A stretch of 63,589 nucleotides of DNA, filler included, from an uncultured Methanosarcinales archaeon (GTDB lineage: Archaea; Nanobdellota; Nanobdellia; Woesearchaeales; CAYZNE01), in NCBI GenBank assembly GCA_964405295.1. It is 5 parts of 4 records of this genome, joined end to end, with 100 filler letters (N's around TTAATTAATTAA, not from the genome) between each part and the next. Parts side by side here need not be neighbours in the genome. Positions count along the whole stretch, not along the records: positions 48,176 to 63,589 come from CAYONI010000012.1; 4 more parts are not named here. One strand, given 5' to 3'. Shown here one piece after another: positions 61,221 to 63,589 of the stretch (positions are counted from its first letter, which is position 1; every line of letters begins with the position of its first letter). The position numbers and the translations under genes were made by a program. Under the pieces are notes generated by a model. It saw only the letters and a list, made by a program, of their open reading frames with translations, was not told the origin of the DNA and made no database searches.

Positions 61221-61600
61221 TTTTGGATTAGTATGGAAGTTAAACAGTGGGTACCCATGTTATCTTATGTGTATTATAATAAGTTGCAACTAAAAGCGAT
61301 ACAACGAGTGAATCGGTAAGATGTTAGTAGACACAAAGTAAAACATGTGTTAAGATTTTCACAAAAAAAGGCAAGTAAAAAATATAAACCTTTAAATAGA
61401 AATGATGTCATGATTTTTTTGTTTACATAATGTCGATTAATTGTGTAAATAGTAATTAGATTTAAATAGGTATCAGAATAGGTGTCAAATTACTTTTTAG
61501 TAAGCTTGATGTTGCTAAATTTGGCGCTTTAGGTACATAGCAATTTTATGCTTGCCATGCATCAGATGGCGGTTCGATCCCGCTCGCTTTCTCCAAATAA

Positions 61601-61630
61601 GAAAAAAGTCGCTTTATGCGACTTTTTTAT
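61601..61630 (+). terminator. Intrinsic terminator after the attR-like tRNA fragment
   Basis: aaaaaagtcgc-tttat-gcgactttttt. Confidence 0.75.
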
Positions 61631-61940
61631 TTGCAAAATAATTTGCCTAAGAACACAGAATATTGTCATTTAGGATTTCAAAACCGCTTACAAGGCACAT
61701 AAAATAACTGAAAATCTACGACTCGTTACTTTCTGTGTATTTAACATAAAGAATATCGAGTCATCAAATAATTTATAAAACAGTTAAGATACATAATCTA
61801 TAATAATCATCTGTAAAATCAACCTTCTATCTGAGCTTGCACGATAATATCAATCATAGATTAGAATAATACGTTTTAGCAATTCTAATAAAACAGTTAT
61901 TATTTTTTTTTGATTTGGTATAATGTAAAAAGAGAATAAG

Positions 61941-63110
61941 GTGACGAAAATGAATAAAAAACAAAAAATTTCTATCTTAAGTATTTCATTGCTTATTATT
62001 ATGTCAAGTGCTGCGGTTTCACCTGCTTTACCATATATTGGTGAATATTTTAGTAATTCAAGTGAATTGATGATTAAGATGGTAATCTCTTTACCCGCTA
62101 TCTTTATAATTCCTGTAACTTTGGTCACAGGTAGGTTGATTTTTTGTGTTAAAAAGAAACATTTATTATATGTAGGGTTATCATTATATATAATTGGGGG
62201 ATTGGGTGGAGCATTACAAAATTCAATTTATTCTTTGTTAGCATTTAGAGCATTGATGGGAATCGGAATAGGTGTCCTGATTCCTTTAACAAGAGGCCTT
62301 ATCGCAGATTTTTTTACAGGTGATGAAAGATCTAAAATGATGGGATACTCATCTGCTTTCAATAACCTAGGCGGGATAATAGCTACAATACTCGCTGGTT
62401 TACTAACAGTGTATGGCTGGAGATATCCTTTCTTGGTTTACATACTTGCTTTTGTCGTTTTACTTTTAGTTATCTTTTATTTGCCAAATCAAGATATTCC
62501 TCCAAAAGAAACACACAAAATTCATATTAATAAAAATGTGTGGATGATAGGACTTACCCATTATATGATGATTATTACTTTTTATGCAGTTCCTTCAGGG
62601 TTAGGTTATTTTGTTTTAACAAATAATTTTGGTGGCGGGGTCACTACAGGTCTTTTGATTTCAATTACAACTTTATGTTCTTTCTTTTTAGGGATAGTTT
62701 TCCATCGTTTAAAATTACTTTTAAAAGGAGGGACAATTTTATTTGGGTTAATTATACTTACATTAGGTATGCTTGGTATTGGAATTTCAAGTAATCTATT
62801 TCAAGTAGCTATTGCATTGGCACTTGTGGGATTTGGAATGGGTATTATACCACCGATGATATATTTACAAACTTCATTAGTTAGCTCCAAAAATGATGTT
62901 GTTTTATCTTTGGCAATAGTATCAATATTTTCATTTTTAGGTCAATTTTCTTCTCCTATTATTAACAGTTTCTTTCAAAGTATCTTTAACTATCGTGGTG
63001 CTGAATCAACGTTTATAATTTCAACGTTTATCGGATCATTTACAATCTTAGTTATAATAGTCAACAAACTTATTAATGCGTATAGAAAATCAAACAAAAA
63101 TGATGAATAA
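61941..63110 (+). CDS. MFS transporter
   Basis: SPALP, FRALMGIG, GWRYPF; 12 TMs. Confidence 0.9.
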   Translation: MTKMNKKQKISILSISLLIIMSSAAVSPALPYIGEYFSNSSELMIKMVISLPAIFIIPVTLVTGRLIFCVKKKHLLYVGLSLYIIGGLGGALQNSIYSLLAFRALMGIGIGVLIPLTRGLIADFFTGDERSKMMGYSSAFNNLGGIIATILAGLLTVYGWRYPFLVYILAFVVLLLVIFYLPNQDIPPKETHKIHINKNVWMIGLTHYMMIITFYAVPSGLGYFVLTNNFGGGVTTGLLISITTLCSFFLGIVFHRLKLLLKGGTILFGLIILTLGMLGIGISSNLFQVAIALALVGFGMGIIPPMIYLQTSLVSSKNDVVLSLAIVSIFSFLGQFSSPIINSFFQSIFNYRGAESTFIISTFIGSFTILVIIVNKLINAYRKSNKNDE

Positions 63111-63172
63111 GAAAATCCAATTCTAAGTATAGATAATTCAGTTGTTAGAGATTTAACCATAAATGAGATACT

Positions 63173-63310
63173 TTGACTAAACACTCAAATCATGGTATAA
63201 TTAGCTATAATATGGTTGTCCTATAGGTAGCAATCGTATCCCTATTTTTAAATAGTCGCATTTAGCGAATCAAACTATTTTAAGACGGCCAAAGGCCGGC
63301 TTTTTATTTT
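63173..63310 (+). ncRNA. Candidate sRNA/attenuator: sigmaA promoter, structured ~100-nt leader and terminator
   Basis: TTGACT-17-TATAAT (63173-63201); hairpins; cggcc-aaa-ggccg followed by T-run; no ORF. Confidence 0.45.
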
Positions 63311-63589
63311 GAACACAGATTTGATCAAAAAAAGATAAGATTTACAAATGAAATTTGAAAGTATTAACACATTTTCAAAACAACATTTATTAGCAAAAAA
63401 GCTCCACTAAATCTCTATTTTATCGAAATAATTAAAGACAATTAAAAAATGATAAATGGGTTGCATTAGTATTTAAGTACATAATTAAATGCGTTGAATT
63501 TTCACTAAAAGAAAAAACTCTAAATAAGAGATTGAACCTTTTATGGATATATTTACAGCAATTGAGAATGAAAGTGCTTTTGGAGTCAT

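Larger units (their letters stand above)
58360..61595. mobile_element. Integrase-less genomic islet(s) at tRNA-Gly
   Basis: 48-bp tRNA 3' duplication (58360-58407 vs 61548-61595, 1 mismatch); degenerate third core at 58554-58600. Confidence 0.8.

Overview
This is an AT-rich window of at least five contigs joined by artificial N44-TTAATTAATTAA-N44 linkers (9187-9286, 10945-11044, 42818-42917, 48076-48175), plus two 100-N scaffold gaps (16783-16882, 24844-24943). Positions 1-48075 are archaeal with a DPANN/Woesearchaeota-like gene set: xerA, gatDE, AMP phosphorylase, rps8e, rpl1-rplP0-rpl12, argS/thrS/metG, gyrB, translin, a KaiC/RAD55 ATPase, class III signal-peptide pilins, tRNA-Thr without CCA, and TTTATAAA TATA boxes. 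Positions 48176-63589 are bacterial (DegV, MscS, glnA, LTA-synthase-like sulfatase, sigmaA promoters, intrinsic terminators, CCA-encoding tRNA-Gly). They look Bacillota/Mollicutes-like and are probably mis-binned. The least explained signals are non-coding: (1) a four-copy gene-3'-end repeat with fixed ends, a bulged A and a variable hairpin core; (2) five 16-bp units inside a perfect 19-bp inverted repeat behind xerA; (3) a catalytically dead tyrosine-recombinase paralog beside a dif-like site; (4) a 73-nt GC-rich cloverleaf RNA candidate; (5) a C/D-box sRNA whose 3' end is duplicated around an insertion; (6) an L1-binding rRNA mimic over the rpl1 RBS; (7) an integrase-less stack of tRNA-Gly islets carrying a repeat-flanked Schlafen/AlbA gene with three palindromic operators. 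All family calls are from motif recognition by eye; no searches or folding programs were run.
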